From Actinomycetota bacterium (GTDB lineage Bacteria > Actinomycetota > UBA4738 > HRBIN12): a DNA stretch of 64,000 nucleotides. A model generated the notes under the pieces. The model ran no database searches and was not told where the DNA came from. It saw nothing but the letters and a program-made list of their open reading frames with translations. The position numbers and the translations under genes were made by a program. Below, piece by piece: positions 9,086-18,259 of this stretch (position 1 is the stretch's first letter; every line of letters starts with the position of its first letter). Location of the stretch: positions 8,783 through 72,782 of the forward strand of contig JBBDHX010000036.1 of NCBI GenBank assembly GCA_040880745.1, given 5' to 3'.

Positions 9086-10000
9086 GTGCCGGGGGTTCTC
9101 TCGACCACGCAGGGCACCCATCGCGGTGCGTTCACGCCCACCGACTGGGCGCTCTTCCTGACGATCGGTCTGGTCTGGGGGTCCTCGTTCCTGTGGATCG
9201 CGTACGGGCTGGATAGGTTCGAACCCGGTCTGATCACCTGGTGGAGGATCGGCGCGGGCGCTCTGGCCCTCTGGAGCGTGCCCGCGGCGCGCACGCCGGT
9301 CGCCCGCGAGGATCGCCCCCGCCTTATCGCCCTGTCGTTCCTGTGGGTCGGGGTCCCGTTCACGCTGTTGCCGCTGGCGCAGAGCCTCGGTGTCACCTCC
9401 GCCGTGAACGGGATGCTGAACGGCGCCCTGCCGGTGCTCGCGGTGCTCGTCGGGTCCTTCATGCTCCGTCGCGGCCCGACCCGCCCCCAGATCGCCGGCC
9501 TCGTGCTGGGGAGCGCCGGCATCGCGATGATCGCCCTCCCGGCATCCGGTGAGGGCTCGAGCGAGGCCACGGGCGTGCTGCTGACGCTCGGCGCCGTGTG
9601 TTGCTACGCGTTCGCCATCAACATCGCGGCGCCGCTGCAACAGAAGTACGGCTCGCTCCCCGTGATGGCGCGGATGCTCGCGCTCGCCACGGTGTGGACG
9701 GCCCCGTTCGGGGTGTCGTCGCTGGGCTCCTCATCGTTCGGCTGGGGGCCAGCGCTCGCGGTCACCATCCTGGGCGTGGCCGGGACGGGGCTGGCCTTCG
9801 TGTTGATGGGAATACTGGTGGGGCGTGTAGGGGGGCCACGCGCGTCCTTCGCCACCTACCTGATCCCAGTGGTGGCTTTGGCCCTCGGCGTGGTGCTCCT
9901 CCATGAGCACGTCGCCGCGGTTTCGATCGGTGGGGCGGGGCTGGTGATCACGGGCGCGGTCCTGGCGTCGAGGGCCGACCGCCGGGCCGCCCCCGGCTAG
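9086..10000 (+). CDS. EamA/DMT family transporter
   Basis: About ten hydrophobic segments with a duplicated EamA-like architecture. Length is 304 aa. Confidence 0.75.
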   Translation: MPGVLSTTQGTHRGAFTPTDWALFLTIGLVWGSSFLWIAYGLDRFEPGLITWWRIGAGALALWSVPAARTPVAREDRPRLIALSFLWVGVPFTLLPLAQSLGVTSAVNGMLNGALPVLAVLVGSFMLRRGPTRPQIAGLVLGSAGIAMIALPASGEGSSEATGVLLTLGAVCCYAFAINIAAPLQQKYGSLPVMARMLALATVWTAPFGVSSLGSSSFGWGPALAVTILGVAGTGLAFVLMGILVGRVGGPRASFATYLIPVVALALGVVLLHEHVAAVSIGGAGLVITGAVLASRADRRAAPG

Positions 10001-10350
10001 ACGATCTTCAGCGCCGCGGTCATCTCCGGGTGGTAGATGCAGTGCACGCGGTAGGTCGTGCCGGCGATTACGCCGGCGAGCGTGAGCGAACCCTCGTCCC
10101 CGGCGGGGAGGTCGAGGCTCAGGCCGGTGTCCTTCACCGAGTAGGTATGAACGGAGCTATCGGCGTTCACGACGCGGAGGTCCGTGCCCGCTTCCGCCTG
10201 CACGCACGCCGGCGTGTAGTCGAAGTCCACCATCTCCACGCTCGAGGTGGTCTGGGGGTCCTCGCAGGCGGGTGGTCCCGCGGTGCCCGAGCACGCGAGG
10301 CCCGCGAACACGAGCGGTGGGGCCAGGACGAAGCGTGCGAGGGAGCGCAT
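9997..10350 (-). CDS. Cupredoxin-like (blue copper) lipoprotein
   Basis: The signal peptide carries the lipobox FAGLAC. Candidate copper ligands are H in SSVHTY and the C-x2-H-x2-M motif in VHCIYHPEM. Confidence 0.7.
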   Translation of the reverse strand: MRSLARFVLAPPLVFAGLACSGTAGPPACEDPQTTSSVEMVDFDYTPACVQAEAGTDLRVVNADSSVHTYSVKDTGLSLDLPAGDEGSLTLAGVIAGTTYRVHCIYHPEMTAALKIV

Positions 10351-10408
10351 CGGTGGCGGAGCCTAGCGCCAGGCGCGGTTCACGACACCCTCGGCTAGGC
10401 TGGTCGAG

Positions 10409-11350
10409 ATGTCGCAACTGGCACCGCTCAGCCCGGTGATCGCCGCCGCGGAGGCCCCGCGGTTGGTCGCGCGCACGCCGGCGGTGGACGCGGTCGGCCT
10501 GGAGGGCCGGGCGGCGGCGCTCGCGGCGAGGTCGATCAAGAAGGACGCGAAGCGGTGGGCGCTGGACCTCGCGATCCGGTGCATCGATCTGACCACCCTG
10601 GAGAGCACCGACACGGTCGGCAAGATCGTCGCGATGTCCTCGAAGGCGATCAGACCCGATCCGACGGATCCGTCCATCCCCAGCGTTGCCGCGGTCTGCG
10701 TGTACCCCTGGCTCGTCCCCACGGCCGTGCAGGCCACCGCCGGGTCGGGCGTGCGTGTGGCGAGCGTCGCGGGCGCGTTCCCCGCGGGCCTGGGCCCGCT
10801 CGCTCCCAGGCTGCAGGAGATCCGCGACGTCGTCGCGATGGGGGCGCACGAGGTGGACATCGTGTTGAACCGTTCGCTGTTCCTGGGTGGGCGCTACGCG
10901 CAGGCGTTCGAGGAGTTGGTCGCCGCACGCGAGGCGAGCGCCGGCGCGCACCTGAAGGTGATCCTGGAGATCGGTGAACTGGGGTCCTACGATCGCATCC
11001 GCCAGGCCTCGATGCTGGCGATGGCCGCGGGCGCGGACTTCATCAAGACCTCCACCGGCAAGGTCGGCGTGAACGCGACCGTGCCGGGTGCGCTCTGCAT
11101 GATGGAGGCCGTGCGCGACTTCCAACGAGACACCGGCCGGGAGGTCGGGATCAAGGTGGCGGGTGGTGTGCGCCGCTCGAAGCAAGCCATGCAGTACCTC
11201 ACCGTGGTGCACGAAACCCTCGGGCCCGCGTGGATGGCACCCGAGCGGTTCCGGATCGGCGCGTCATCGCTCCTGAACGATGTGTTGATGCAACTCGCGA
11301 AGGAGCGGACCGGGCGGTATCAGGGCCCCGACCACTTCACGCTGGACTGA
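10409..11350 (+). CDS. deoC: Deoxyribose-phosphate aldolase (long actinobacterial form)
   Basis: The motifs IDLTTLE, AVCVYP, EVDIVLN and FIKTSTGK (Schiff-base lysine region) are present. Confidence 0.85.
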   Translation: MSQLAPLSPVIAAAEAPRLVARTPAVDAVGLEGRAAALAARSIKKDAKRWALDLAIRCIDLTTLESTDTVGKIVAMSSKAIRPDPTDPSIPSVAAVCVYPWLVPTAVQATAGSGVRVASVAGAFPAGLGPLAPRLQEIRDVVAMGAHEVDIVLNRSLFLGGRYAQAFEELVAAREASAGAHLKVILEIGELGSYDRIRQASMLAMAAGADFIKTSTGKVGVNATVPGALCMMEAVRDFQRDTGREVGIKVAGGVRRSKQAMQYLTVVHETLGPAWMAPERFRIGASSLLNDVLMQLAKERTGRYQGPDHFTLD

Positions 11351-11352
11351 CG

Positions 11353-12108
11353 GTGTCCGACGAGCAGCCGCACCTCTACGCGGACCTCGCGCCCTGGTTC
11401 CACCTGCTCACGGCACCCGAGGACTACCGCATCGGTGCCGAGCACGCGTTGCAGGTGGTGGGCGAAGCGATCGGCGAACCGCCGGGCACCATCCTCGAAC
11501 TCGGGTCGGGCGGTGGGAACAACGCCTCGCACATGAAGGCGCGCGCGCGGCTGACGCTCACGGATCTCTCGCCGGCGATGCTCGACCTCAGCCGCGGGCT
11601 CAACCCGGAGTGCGAGCACCTGCAGGGCGACATGCGGACGCTGCGCCTTCCCGGCCGCACCTTCGATGCGGTCTTCATCCACGATGCGATCTCGTACCTG
11701 ACGAGCGAAGAGGACCTGCGAGCCGCGTTCGAGACGGCGTGGGCGCACCTGCGGCCGGGGGGCGCGGCGCTGTTCGAGCCCGATCACGTTCGCGAGACCT
11801 ACGCCGATGCGACCGACCACGGGGGACACGACGGTGGGCCCGGCGATCCGCGCGCCCTGCGCTACCTCCAGTGGCGCCGCGACCCCGACCCAACCGACAC
11901 CTGGTACGTGGACGAGTTCGCCTACCTGCTGCGCGAAGGTGACGGTCCGCCCCGCGTGCTCGCCGACGTGCATCGTCTCGGGCTGTTCCCCCGGGCCACG
12001 TGGGCGGGTCTGCTCACCGAGGTTGGGTTCGTGGATGTGCGCGGTGCCCAGACCCCGTACGAGGACGAGGTAGGAGCCGAGGGCTTCCTGGCGCGCAGAC
12101 CGGTATGA
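11353..12108 (+). CDS. Class I SAM-dependent methyltransferase
   Basis: Motif I is ILELGSGGGN. The start was trimmed to GTG 11353, just after the deoC stop; the track ORF starts at 11230. Confidence 0.75.
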   Translation: MSDEQPHLYADLAPWFHLLTAPEDYRIGAEHALQVVGEAIGEPPGTILELGSGGGNNASHMKARARLTLTDLSPAMLDLSRGLNPECEHLQGDMRTLRLPGRTFDAVFIHDAISYLTSEEDLRAAFETAWAHLRPGGAALFEPDHVRETYADATDHGGHDGGPGDPRALRYLQWRRDPDPTDTWYVDEFAYLLREGDGPPRVLADVHRLGLFPRATWAGLLTEVGFVDVRGAQTPYEDEVGAEGFLARRPV

Positions 12109-12193
12109 GGCCGGGGGCCCGGATGCACCCGGCGCGCTACGATCGAGGGCGACGACCGACATCACGTTCGAGGTCGTCGGCGCCGGCGGCGAG

Positions 12194-13918
12194 GTGCTCG
12201 CCCGGGGGTTCTCATGCCGGCCCGACCGTGGCACCATCCGCGGCATGGCGATGATGGCGGGAGGGCCGCACGGGGCGGGGAAGGCGGCCCTGGACGCGGG
12301 CGCATGGTCCGAGGCCGCGGAGATCTTCGAAGGTGCCCTGGCGAACGGCGAGGCTCCGGAGCTGCACGAGGGGCTGGGACGGGCGCGGTGGTGGCTGCAA
12401 GACATCGACGGCGCGATCGGAGAACTCGAGCGGGCCTACGCCGGGTACCGAGAGAACGGCGTCGCCCGACGGGCGGCGTCGATCGCCCTGTGGCTCTCTC
12501 GCGAGTACGCCGCGGTCCACGGGAACGCGGCCGCGGCGGCGGGATGGTCTGCGCGGGCCGAAGGACTCTTGAAGGACCTCGAACCCGGCGCCGAGCACGG
12601 CTGGCTCGCGCTCACCCGCGCTGAGCGCTCGACCGAACCGGGGGCCGTCAGGCTGTTGGCTGCCGAGGCCCTGGAGATCGCCCGGCACCTCGGCGACGCC
12701 GACCTGGAGGCCGCTGCGCTCGCCCGTCTGGGCTACGCGGAGGTCGCCGCCGGAGATGTCGAGGGTGGGACCGCCAAGCTCGACGAGGCGATGGCCGCAG
12801 CAACCGGGGGCGAGGTTCGAGGCTTGGAAACGATCGGCGACGTGACCTGCGTGGCGATCGCGGCGTTCGAACTCGCCGCCGACTGGCAACGGATCGAGCA
12901 GTGGGGCCAGGTGGTCGACGGATGGATCCGCAAGCACAACCACGTCCAGGTGCTCGGGTTCTGCTACGCGTGCTGCGCGGAGATGTTCGTGGCATCCGGG
13001 GAGTGGGAGCAGGCCGAAGCCATGCTGACCGAGGGCCTGGGCGCGTTGCAGGCGGCCGGACACCGGGCGCGGTGCGTGCATCCAGCCGCGAAGCTGGCCG
13101 AGCTTCGCTTGACGCAGGCGAGGATCGAGGAAGCCGAGCAGTTGCTCGCCGGCTACGAGGAGCTCCCGGAGGCGGCTCACGCGTTGGTGGCTCTGCACAT
13201 CGCGAGAGGTGAAACGGCCCTGGCCGCCGCCGTCCTGCATCGCAGGCTGAACACCGTCGGGCGCGACACCGTCCTCGGGGCCCCGTTCCTCTCGCAGTTG
13301 GTCGAGGTGCAATTGGCGCAGCAGGATCTCTCGGCTGCGAGTGCCACCGCGCTGCTGCTCCTCGAGGTGGCCGAGCGCTCGGGGATCGCTCGCCTCGCGG
13401 CGGCCGCCGAACTCGCAGCCGGGAGGGTCGCGGTCGCACACGGTGACGCTGAGGGGGTGACGCACCTGGGGTCCGCGCTCTCGCGGTTCGCTGCTCAGGG
13501 TATGGCTCTTGACGCCGCTCGCGCACGGCTCCTGATCGCCGAAGCCGTGGAGGAGGGCGAACCCGAGGTAGCGATCGGCGAGGCTCGTATCGCGCTCGCT
13601 GAGTTCGAGCGGCTCGGCGCGCCCCGGGATGCGGACGCGGCCGCGGCCTTGCTCCGCCGCCACGGCGTCCGGGGCAGGACGGGTCCCAAGCAGAAGGGTG
13701 AGTTGACGCGGCGGGAACTCGAGGTCCTTCCGTTGCTCGCCGAAGGTCTGACGAACGCCGAGATCGCCGCCCGCCTGTTCCTGAGCACGAAGACCGTCGG
13801 CCATCACGTGAGCAACATCCTGGCCAAGCTCGGCGTGAAGACGCGGGGCGAGGCGGGCGCTTGGGCCCTGCGCAACCTCGACCAGCCAAGCCCGCAGGAC
13901 ACCCGCGCCCAGAGATAG
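12194..13918 (+). CDS. Large LuxR-family transcriptional regulator with helical-repeat (TPR-like) body
   Basis: The C-terminal HTH reads LTRRELEVLPLLAEGLTNAEIAARLFLSTKTVGHHVSNILAKLGV. The true start may be ATG 12245 (MAMMAGG). Confidence 0.8.
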   Translation: MLARGFSCRPDRGTIRGMAMMAGGPHGAGKAALDAGAWSEAAEIFEGALANGEAPELHEGLGRARWWLQDIDGAIGELERAYAGYRENGVARRAASIALWLSREYAAVHGNAAAAAGWSARAEGLLKDLEPGAEHGWLALTRAERSTEPGAVRLLAAEALEIARHLGDADLEAAALARLGYAEVAAGDVEGGTAKLDEAMAAATGGEVRGLETIGDVTCVAIAAFELAADWQRIEQWGQVVDGWIRKHNHVQVLGFCYACCAEMFVASGEWEQAEAMLTEGLGALQAAGHRARCVHPAAKLAELRLTQARIEEAEQLLAGYEELPEAAHALVALHIARGETALAAAVLHRRLNTVGRDTVLGAPFLSQLVEVQLAQQDLSAASATALLLLEVAERSGIARLAAAAELAAGRVAVAHGDAEGVTHLGSALSRFAAQGMALDAARARLLIAEAVEEGEPEVAIGEARIALAEFERLGAPRDADAAAALLRRHGVRGRTGPKQKGELTRRELEVLPLLAEGLTNAEIAARLFLSTKTVGHHVSNILAKLGVKTRGEAGAWALRNLDQPSPQDTRAQR

Positions 13919-13989
13919 GGGATCTGCCCCATCCTCGCCATCCTCGCCCGGTGCACGCTGTGCCCGTCCCTGAAGAGAAGGAGGACGGG

Positions 13990-14556
13990 ATGGCACGAGG
14001 CAGGGGGAACGGGCGGGCGAACGCGCTGGGGCGCCAGATCGTGGTGCGCACCGAGGAGCGGAGCGAGGCGTCGCCTGAGGCCGTGTACGCGCTGCTCTCG
14101 GACCCGCGCTCGCACCTGACGTGGGCCGGCGAGCGCCAATCGAAGAAGACGCGGCTTCTCTCGGTAGATGCGCCCGAGGGGCCGGTCGGTGTCGGATCGG
14201 AGTTCACGACCACGGGTGCCGATCCTCTGGGCAGCTTCGCCGACCGCAGCGTCGTGACGGAGGCCGCACCAGGCCGGACGCTCGAGTTCGTCACCGAGGC
14301 GCGGCTGCACACGAAGAAGGGTCGAGACGTGGACTGGACGAACGTCCACCGCTACGAGCTGCACCCCGACGGGAGCGGCACGAAGATCGTCAACGAGGTG
14401 ACGATCGCGCGGATCAGCGAGCTGCCGGGCATGCTCGCGGTCTTCAAGATCCCGTTGTTGTCGGGCCTGGCGGTCAAGGCCTCGGCCGGCGTCGCCCGCC
14501 GCGGGGTGAAGAACCTGGCTCGGATGGCCGAAGAGGGCGCCTCGCGCCCCGCGTGA
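13990..14556 (+). CDS. SRPBCC (polyketide cyclase/START-like) family protein
   Basis: AGGAGG lies upstream of ATG 13990. The sequence pattern is typical of SRPBCC ligand-binding proteins, which is a weak family call. Confidence 0.55.
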   Translation: MARGRGNGRANALGRQIVVRTEERSEASPEAVYALLSDPRSHLTWAGERQSKKTRLLSVDAPEGPVGVGSEFTTTGADPLGSFADRSVVTEAAPGRTLEFVTEARLHTKKGRDVDWTNVHRYELHPDGSGTKIVNEVTIARISELPGMLAVFKIPLLSGLAVKASAGVARRGVKNLARMAEEGASRPA

Positions 14557-14568
14557 AAGGAGAGGGAC

Positions 14569-14832
14569 ATGGCAACCAAGGCGAGGAAGATGATCGCGAC
14601 GGCCGCGCTCGGCCTCGTGATCGCCGGAGCGGTTCCCGCCCAGGCATCCAGTGGGGCGGCCTCGTGCATCGGGCAAGCTTTGAGCACGTTCGGCCCCGCC
14701 TACGGCGCGGCGCTGGGTGCCCAGATCGCCTACGAAGCGCACAACGCCGGCACGATCTTCGGGACGAGGAACCTGGGGGCTGCTGTCGGGGCGATCGCGC
14801 AGGCCGACCGGGCGGCGTGCCCGGAGGAGTGA
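14569..14832 (+). CDS. Small secreted hypothetical protein (87 aa, two Cys)
   Basis: The signal peptide is MATKARKMIATAALGLVIAGAVPAQA. An RBS (aaaggagag) lies upstream. No family was recognised. Confidence 0.55.
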   Translation: MATKARKMIATAALGLVIAGAVPAQASSGAASCIGQALSTFGPAYGAALGAQIAYEAHNAGTIFGTRNLGAAVGAIAQADRAACPEE

Positions 14833-14912
14833 TGACCGGGTCGGTTCGCGCGCGCGAGAGCGCGGGCGTAGGCTCCGATCGGTACCGACCGATCGGAAGG
14901 AAGGAGGAGCAG

Positions 14913-15287
14913 ATGCCGAAGACCTCGAAGGAGACAGCCTCCGAGACCTTCGCGGCTGAAGGTTTCGAGGGGCATTACCAGGAGTTGGAGAGCTACACGG
15001 TCGGCTTCGAGTCGTACTCCGAGGAGTCCGACATGTCGCCGCTGTTCAAGGGGTTGCCCGACGACGCGTGCCAGTGCAACCACATGGGCGTCGTGCTGAA
15101 GGGCAAGGTCGTGTTCAAGTACACGGACGGCACCCAGGAAGAGATCAACGCCGGGGAGGCCTACGTGACGAAGCGTGGCCACACCCCGGTCATCTTCCCG
15201 GACACGGAGGTCATCGAGTTCAGCGACACCGTCGAGTTGAACGACACGATGGAGGTCGTCGCGAAGAACATGGAGTCGATGGCCTGA
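14913..15287 (+). CDS. Cupin-domain small protein
   Basis: A strong RBS (ggaaggaaggagg) precedes ATG 14913. The beta-rich sequence GVVLKGKVVFKYTDG..EAYVTKRGHTPV looks cupin-like. The 388-aa track ORF is an upstream over-extension. Confidence 0.6.
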   Translation: MPKTSKETASETFAAEGFEGHYQELESYTVGFESYSEESDMSPLFKGLPDDACQCNHMGVVLKGKVVFKYTDGTQEEINAGEAYVTKRGHTPVIFPDTEVIEFSDTVELNDTMEVVAKNMESMA

Positions 15288-15390
15288 TCCGATCTGGCTG
15301 AGCGGGTGGCCTCCAGGTCACCCGCTCAGCACGGAATAGTCACATCGCCGGGGGGTCCTGCGGGTCACCCCCGGCGCTACCATCGCCCCC

Positions 15391-16131
15391 ATGCCCCCCT
15401 ACAAGGAGCAAGGGATCGTCCTTCGGTCGATGAAGCTCGGCGAGGCCGACAAGATCGTCACGATCCTCACGCAGGGCTCGGGCAAGGTGCGCGCCGTCGC
15501 CAAGGGCGTGCGCAAGACCACCTCGCGGTTCGGGGCTCGGCTCGAGCCCTTCACCCATGTCAACCTGATGCTCTATCGGGGGCGCGGCACGCTCGACACG
15601 GTCACGCAGGCGGAGATCCTGACGCCACACCTGCACATCCGCGAAGACCTCGCACGGTTCGCGGCGGCCGAGACGATGGTCGAGGCCGTGGACAAGGTGG
15701 CCGAGGAGCACGAGCGGAACACGCGGCTGGTGCTCCTGTTGTTGGGAGGCTTGCGGGCCCTGGACGCCTGTCCCACCGATCCGACCGCCGTGGCGGAGTC
15801 GTTCCTGCTCAAGATGCTTTCCTTGGCCGGGTTCCACCCGGCGCTCACCGCGTGCGCGGTCTGCGGTTCGCCCGAGATCCGGCTGTGGTCGGGGGGCCTC
15901 GGCGGCGCGGTGTGTGCCGCCGATGCCGATGCCGACGCGGAGGCGGTCTCGCCGCAAGCGCTGGGCCTGCTGCAGCACCTCGCGAGCGTCGACATCGCGG
16001 CCGCCGGTCACCCGTCGGAGGCCGACGAGCGCGCGCGCCGTGAGGCCCGAGGGCTGCTCGTCGGTTTCACCGAGTATCACCTCGAAAGGCGGATGAAGTC
16101 CGTGCCGATGCTGGTGAGGACAGCCCGATGA
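15391..16131 (+). CDS. recO: DNA repair protein RecO
   Basis: The N-terminal OB fold reads GIVLRSMKLGEADKIVTILT. A Cys cluster CAVCGS follows. The gene sits in the conserved position before uppS. Confidence 0.9.
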   Translation: MPPYKEQGIVLRSMKLGEADKIVTILTQGSGKVRAVAKGVRKTTSRFGARLEPFTHVNLMLYRGRGTLDTVTQAEILTPHLHIREDLARFAAAETMVEAVDKVAEEHERNTRLVLLLLGGLRALDACPTDPTAVAESFLLKMLSLAGFHPALTACAVCGSPEIRLWSGGLGGAVCAADADADAEAVSPQALGLLQHLASVDIAAAGHPSEADERARREARGLLVGFTEYHLERRMKSVPMLVRTAR

Positions 16132-16865
16132 GTTTCCTCCCCGACATCGACCGCGAACGCGTGCCCGCCCATGTGGCGATCGTGATGGATGGCAACGGCC
16201 GGTGGGCGACCCAACGGGGGCTGGCTCGGACGGAGGGACACGGCGCGGGCGAAGAGGCGCTGTGGGACACGATCCAGGGCGCGGTCGAGGTGGGCGTGCA
16301 GTGGCTCACGGTCTATGCGTTCTCCACGGAGAACTGGGCGCGCCCTCCTTCGGAGGTGCTGTACCTGATGCGCTTCAACCGCTCGCTGCTGCGGAGGCGG
16401 CGGGGGAGGTTGCACGAGATGAACGTGCGGGTGCGGTTCATCGGACGCCGCGATTGGCGTCTGCCGCGCTCGGTGCTCAAGGAGATCGAGATCTCCGAGG
16501 GGCAGACGAAGCACAACACGGGGATGACGCTGACGATCGCGTTCAACTACGGCGGCCGGGCCGAGGTGGTCGATGCCGTACGTCGCTTGGCCGAAGAGGT
16601 CCGCGACGGCCGCCTGAAAGCATCGAAGATCGACGCCGACCTCATCGCGAGCCGTCTGTACGCGCCGGACATGCCCGACCCGGACCTCCTGATCCGAACC
16701 AGCGGCGAGATGCGGATCTCGAACTTCCTGCTGTGGGAGGTCGCGTACTCCGAGCTGTGGTTCACCTCGGTGCTGTGGCCCGACTTCGACCGCGAGCACC
16801 TGTTCGAGGCGATCCGCGACTTCCAGAAGCGCGAGCGCCGCTTCGGCGGGCTCTCCGAAGACTGA
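16128..16865 (+). CDS. uppS: Isoprenyl transferase (undecaprenyl/decaprenyl diphosphate synthase family)
   Basis: The motifs HVAIVMDGNGRWA, FSTENW, IRTSGE.RISNFLLW and the C-terminal RERRFG are present. Confidence 0.93.
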   Translation: MSFLPDIDRERVPAHVAIVMDGNGRWATQRGLARTEGHGAGEEALWDTIQGAVEVGVQWLTVYAFSTENWARPPSEVLYLMRFNRSLLRRRRGRLHEMNVRVRFIGRRDWRLPRSVLKEIEISEGQTKHNTGMTLTIAFNYGGRAEVVDAVRRLAEEVRDGRLKASKIDADLIASRLYAPDMPDPDLLIRTSGEMRISNFLLWEVAYSELWFTSVLWPDFDREHLFEAIRDFQKRERRFGGLSED

Positions 16866-16873
16866 CGTCGGGG

Positions 16874-18259
16874 ATGGGCCGCGCCCGAGCGCTGGTGGCG
16901 CGTCGGTGGTTCCCCCTCGTGCTCGTCGCGATCGTCATGGCGGCGCTCCAACTGCTGTTGACCGACCCCGGGCGTGAACCCTCGTGGGACGAGGCGATCT
17001 ACCTGTCGCAGGTGGACGGGCCAGCGGTGTGGTTCGGTCCGCAGCGATCGCGCGGGATCGTGGTGCTCGTGGCGCCGCTCGCGGGTCTCGGTGTCCCGCT
17101 GGCGTGGATCCGCGCCACCTTGGCGCTGGGTTCGTCCGCCGCGCTGGTGGCCGCGGCGGCGGCCTGGGCACCGTTGGTGGGTGCACGCCTCGCGGCTGCC
17201 GCCGCGATCGTGACCGCCGGGTCGTGGCTGGTGCTCTTCTACGGCTCGGAGGTGATGCCTAACCTCTGGTCGGCTCTCGCTCTGCTCGGTGCGGCGGGGC
17301 TCGTGGCACGCGGCCTCGTCCGAGGCGACGCGCGACCGAGGTGGGCGGCGGTCGCGCTGCTCCTCGCTGCCGGCCTGTTTCGTCCCATCGACGCGGCGGT
17401 CGCCGGGTTCGTGCTCATCGCGGTGAGCGCGGTGCGGACGCGGTCCATCCGCTGGCCCGGGTGGTTGGGGACAGCGGTCACCGCGGGATGCCTGCCCTGG
17501 CTGGTGGAGATGAGCGCGCGGTTCGGCGGTCCGCTCGGCGCGCTCCGCGAGGCTGCAGAGGTGGGCCGGGTGGGCGAGGGCGGTCCGCTCGCCGGCATCC
17601 GCCTGCATCTGGCCCTCGCGGATGGTCCCGCGATCGGGTCGGACGGGGGGCCGGTCCCGTGGAGCGCGGTGCTCTGGTGGGTGGCGGTCTTGGTCCTGGG
17701 AGTGGCTGGGGCCCTGAGGGCGACCGGGAGCGCCAGGTTCGCCGTCCGGCTCGCACTCGCCGTCGGCGGCACCCTCCTCGTCGCCTACGTCGGCCTCGTG
17801 GGGGGTGAGGCCCCTCGCTATCTGCTCCCGGCGATCTTCCTGCTCGTGATGGCGGCCGTCGTCGGCGCGGCGACGCTGCCTCCGAAGGCGATCGTCGCGT
17901 GCGCCGTGATCGGCCTGGCATGGGTCGGTTGGCAGGTCGGCGTCCTCCGCGACGTCCACGCCGAGGCGGTCGCCCAGCGACGCGGGGCCCACCTGGTCGG
18001 CGAATTCGTACGGTCGCTCGCCGGCGAGGGTCCCTGCGTCGTGTTCGCCACCAGCGACTACCCGCAGATCGGGTACGCCTCCGGGTGCAGGGCTCTATGG
18101 CTCCGGGATGACAGCCGGATGGACGTGTCGGTCGGGACGGCCGGACCGGGGTTCCTCGTCACGAGCAGCGAACATCCCGCGAGAGGGGAACTGATCCCCT
18201 TCGCCCGGGGCGGGGGGTACTTGATCTACCGGCTCGGGCCCGCGAGTCCAACCGAGTAG
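16874..18259 (+). CDS. Polytopic integral membrane protein, possibly a GT-C type glycosyltransferase
   Basis: More than ten hydrophobic segments. The N-terminal loop reads DPGREPSWDEAIYLSQ. The functional call is only an architectural guess. The start was trimmed from the 685-aa track ORF. Confidence 0.5.
   Translation: MGRARALVARRWFPLVLVAIVMAALQLLLTDPGREPSWDEAIYLSQVDGPAVWFGPQRSRGIVVLVAPLAGLGVPLAWIRATLALGSSAALVAAAAAWAPLVGARLAAAAAIVTAGSWLVLFYGSEVMPNLWSALALLGAAGLVARGLVRGDARPRWAAVALLLAAGLFRPIDAAVAGFVLIAVSAVRTRSIRWPGWLGTAVTAGCLPWLVEMSARFGGPLGALREAAEVGRVGEGGPLAGIRLHLALADGPAIGSDGGPVPWSAVLWWVAVLVLGVAGALRATGSARFAVRLALAVGGTLLVAYVGLVGGEAPRYLLPAIFLLVMAAVVGAATLPPKAIVACAVIGLAWVGWQVGVLRDVHAEAVAQRRGAHLVGEFVRSLAGEGPCVVFATSDYPQIGYASGCRALWLRDDSRMDVSVGTAGPGFLVTSSEHPARGELIPFARGGGYLIYRLGPASPTE

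Noticed and set aside
12212-14312. Very long minus-strand ORFs (594 aa and 554 aa) opposite the LuxR regulator
   Set aside because: Their Arg/Pro/Gly-rich composition is typical of antisense frames in high-GC DNA. The plus strand encodes a regulator with an unmistakable LuxR HTH.
16202-16873. Upstream extension of the membrane-protein ORF across uppS (685-aa track ORF); similar extensions occur at 8063, 11230, 13861, 14121, 23868, 29548, 30563, 35910, 46077-47612, 52749-53990, 53810-54958 and 59760-61715
   Set aside because: Each extension overlaps a well-supported neighbouring gene or intergenic DNA and is low-complexity. Internal starts with an RBS or stop-start overlaps give proteins of normal length.
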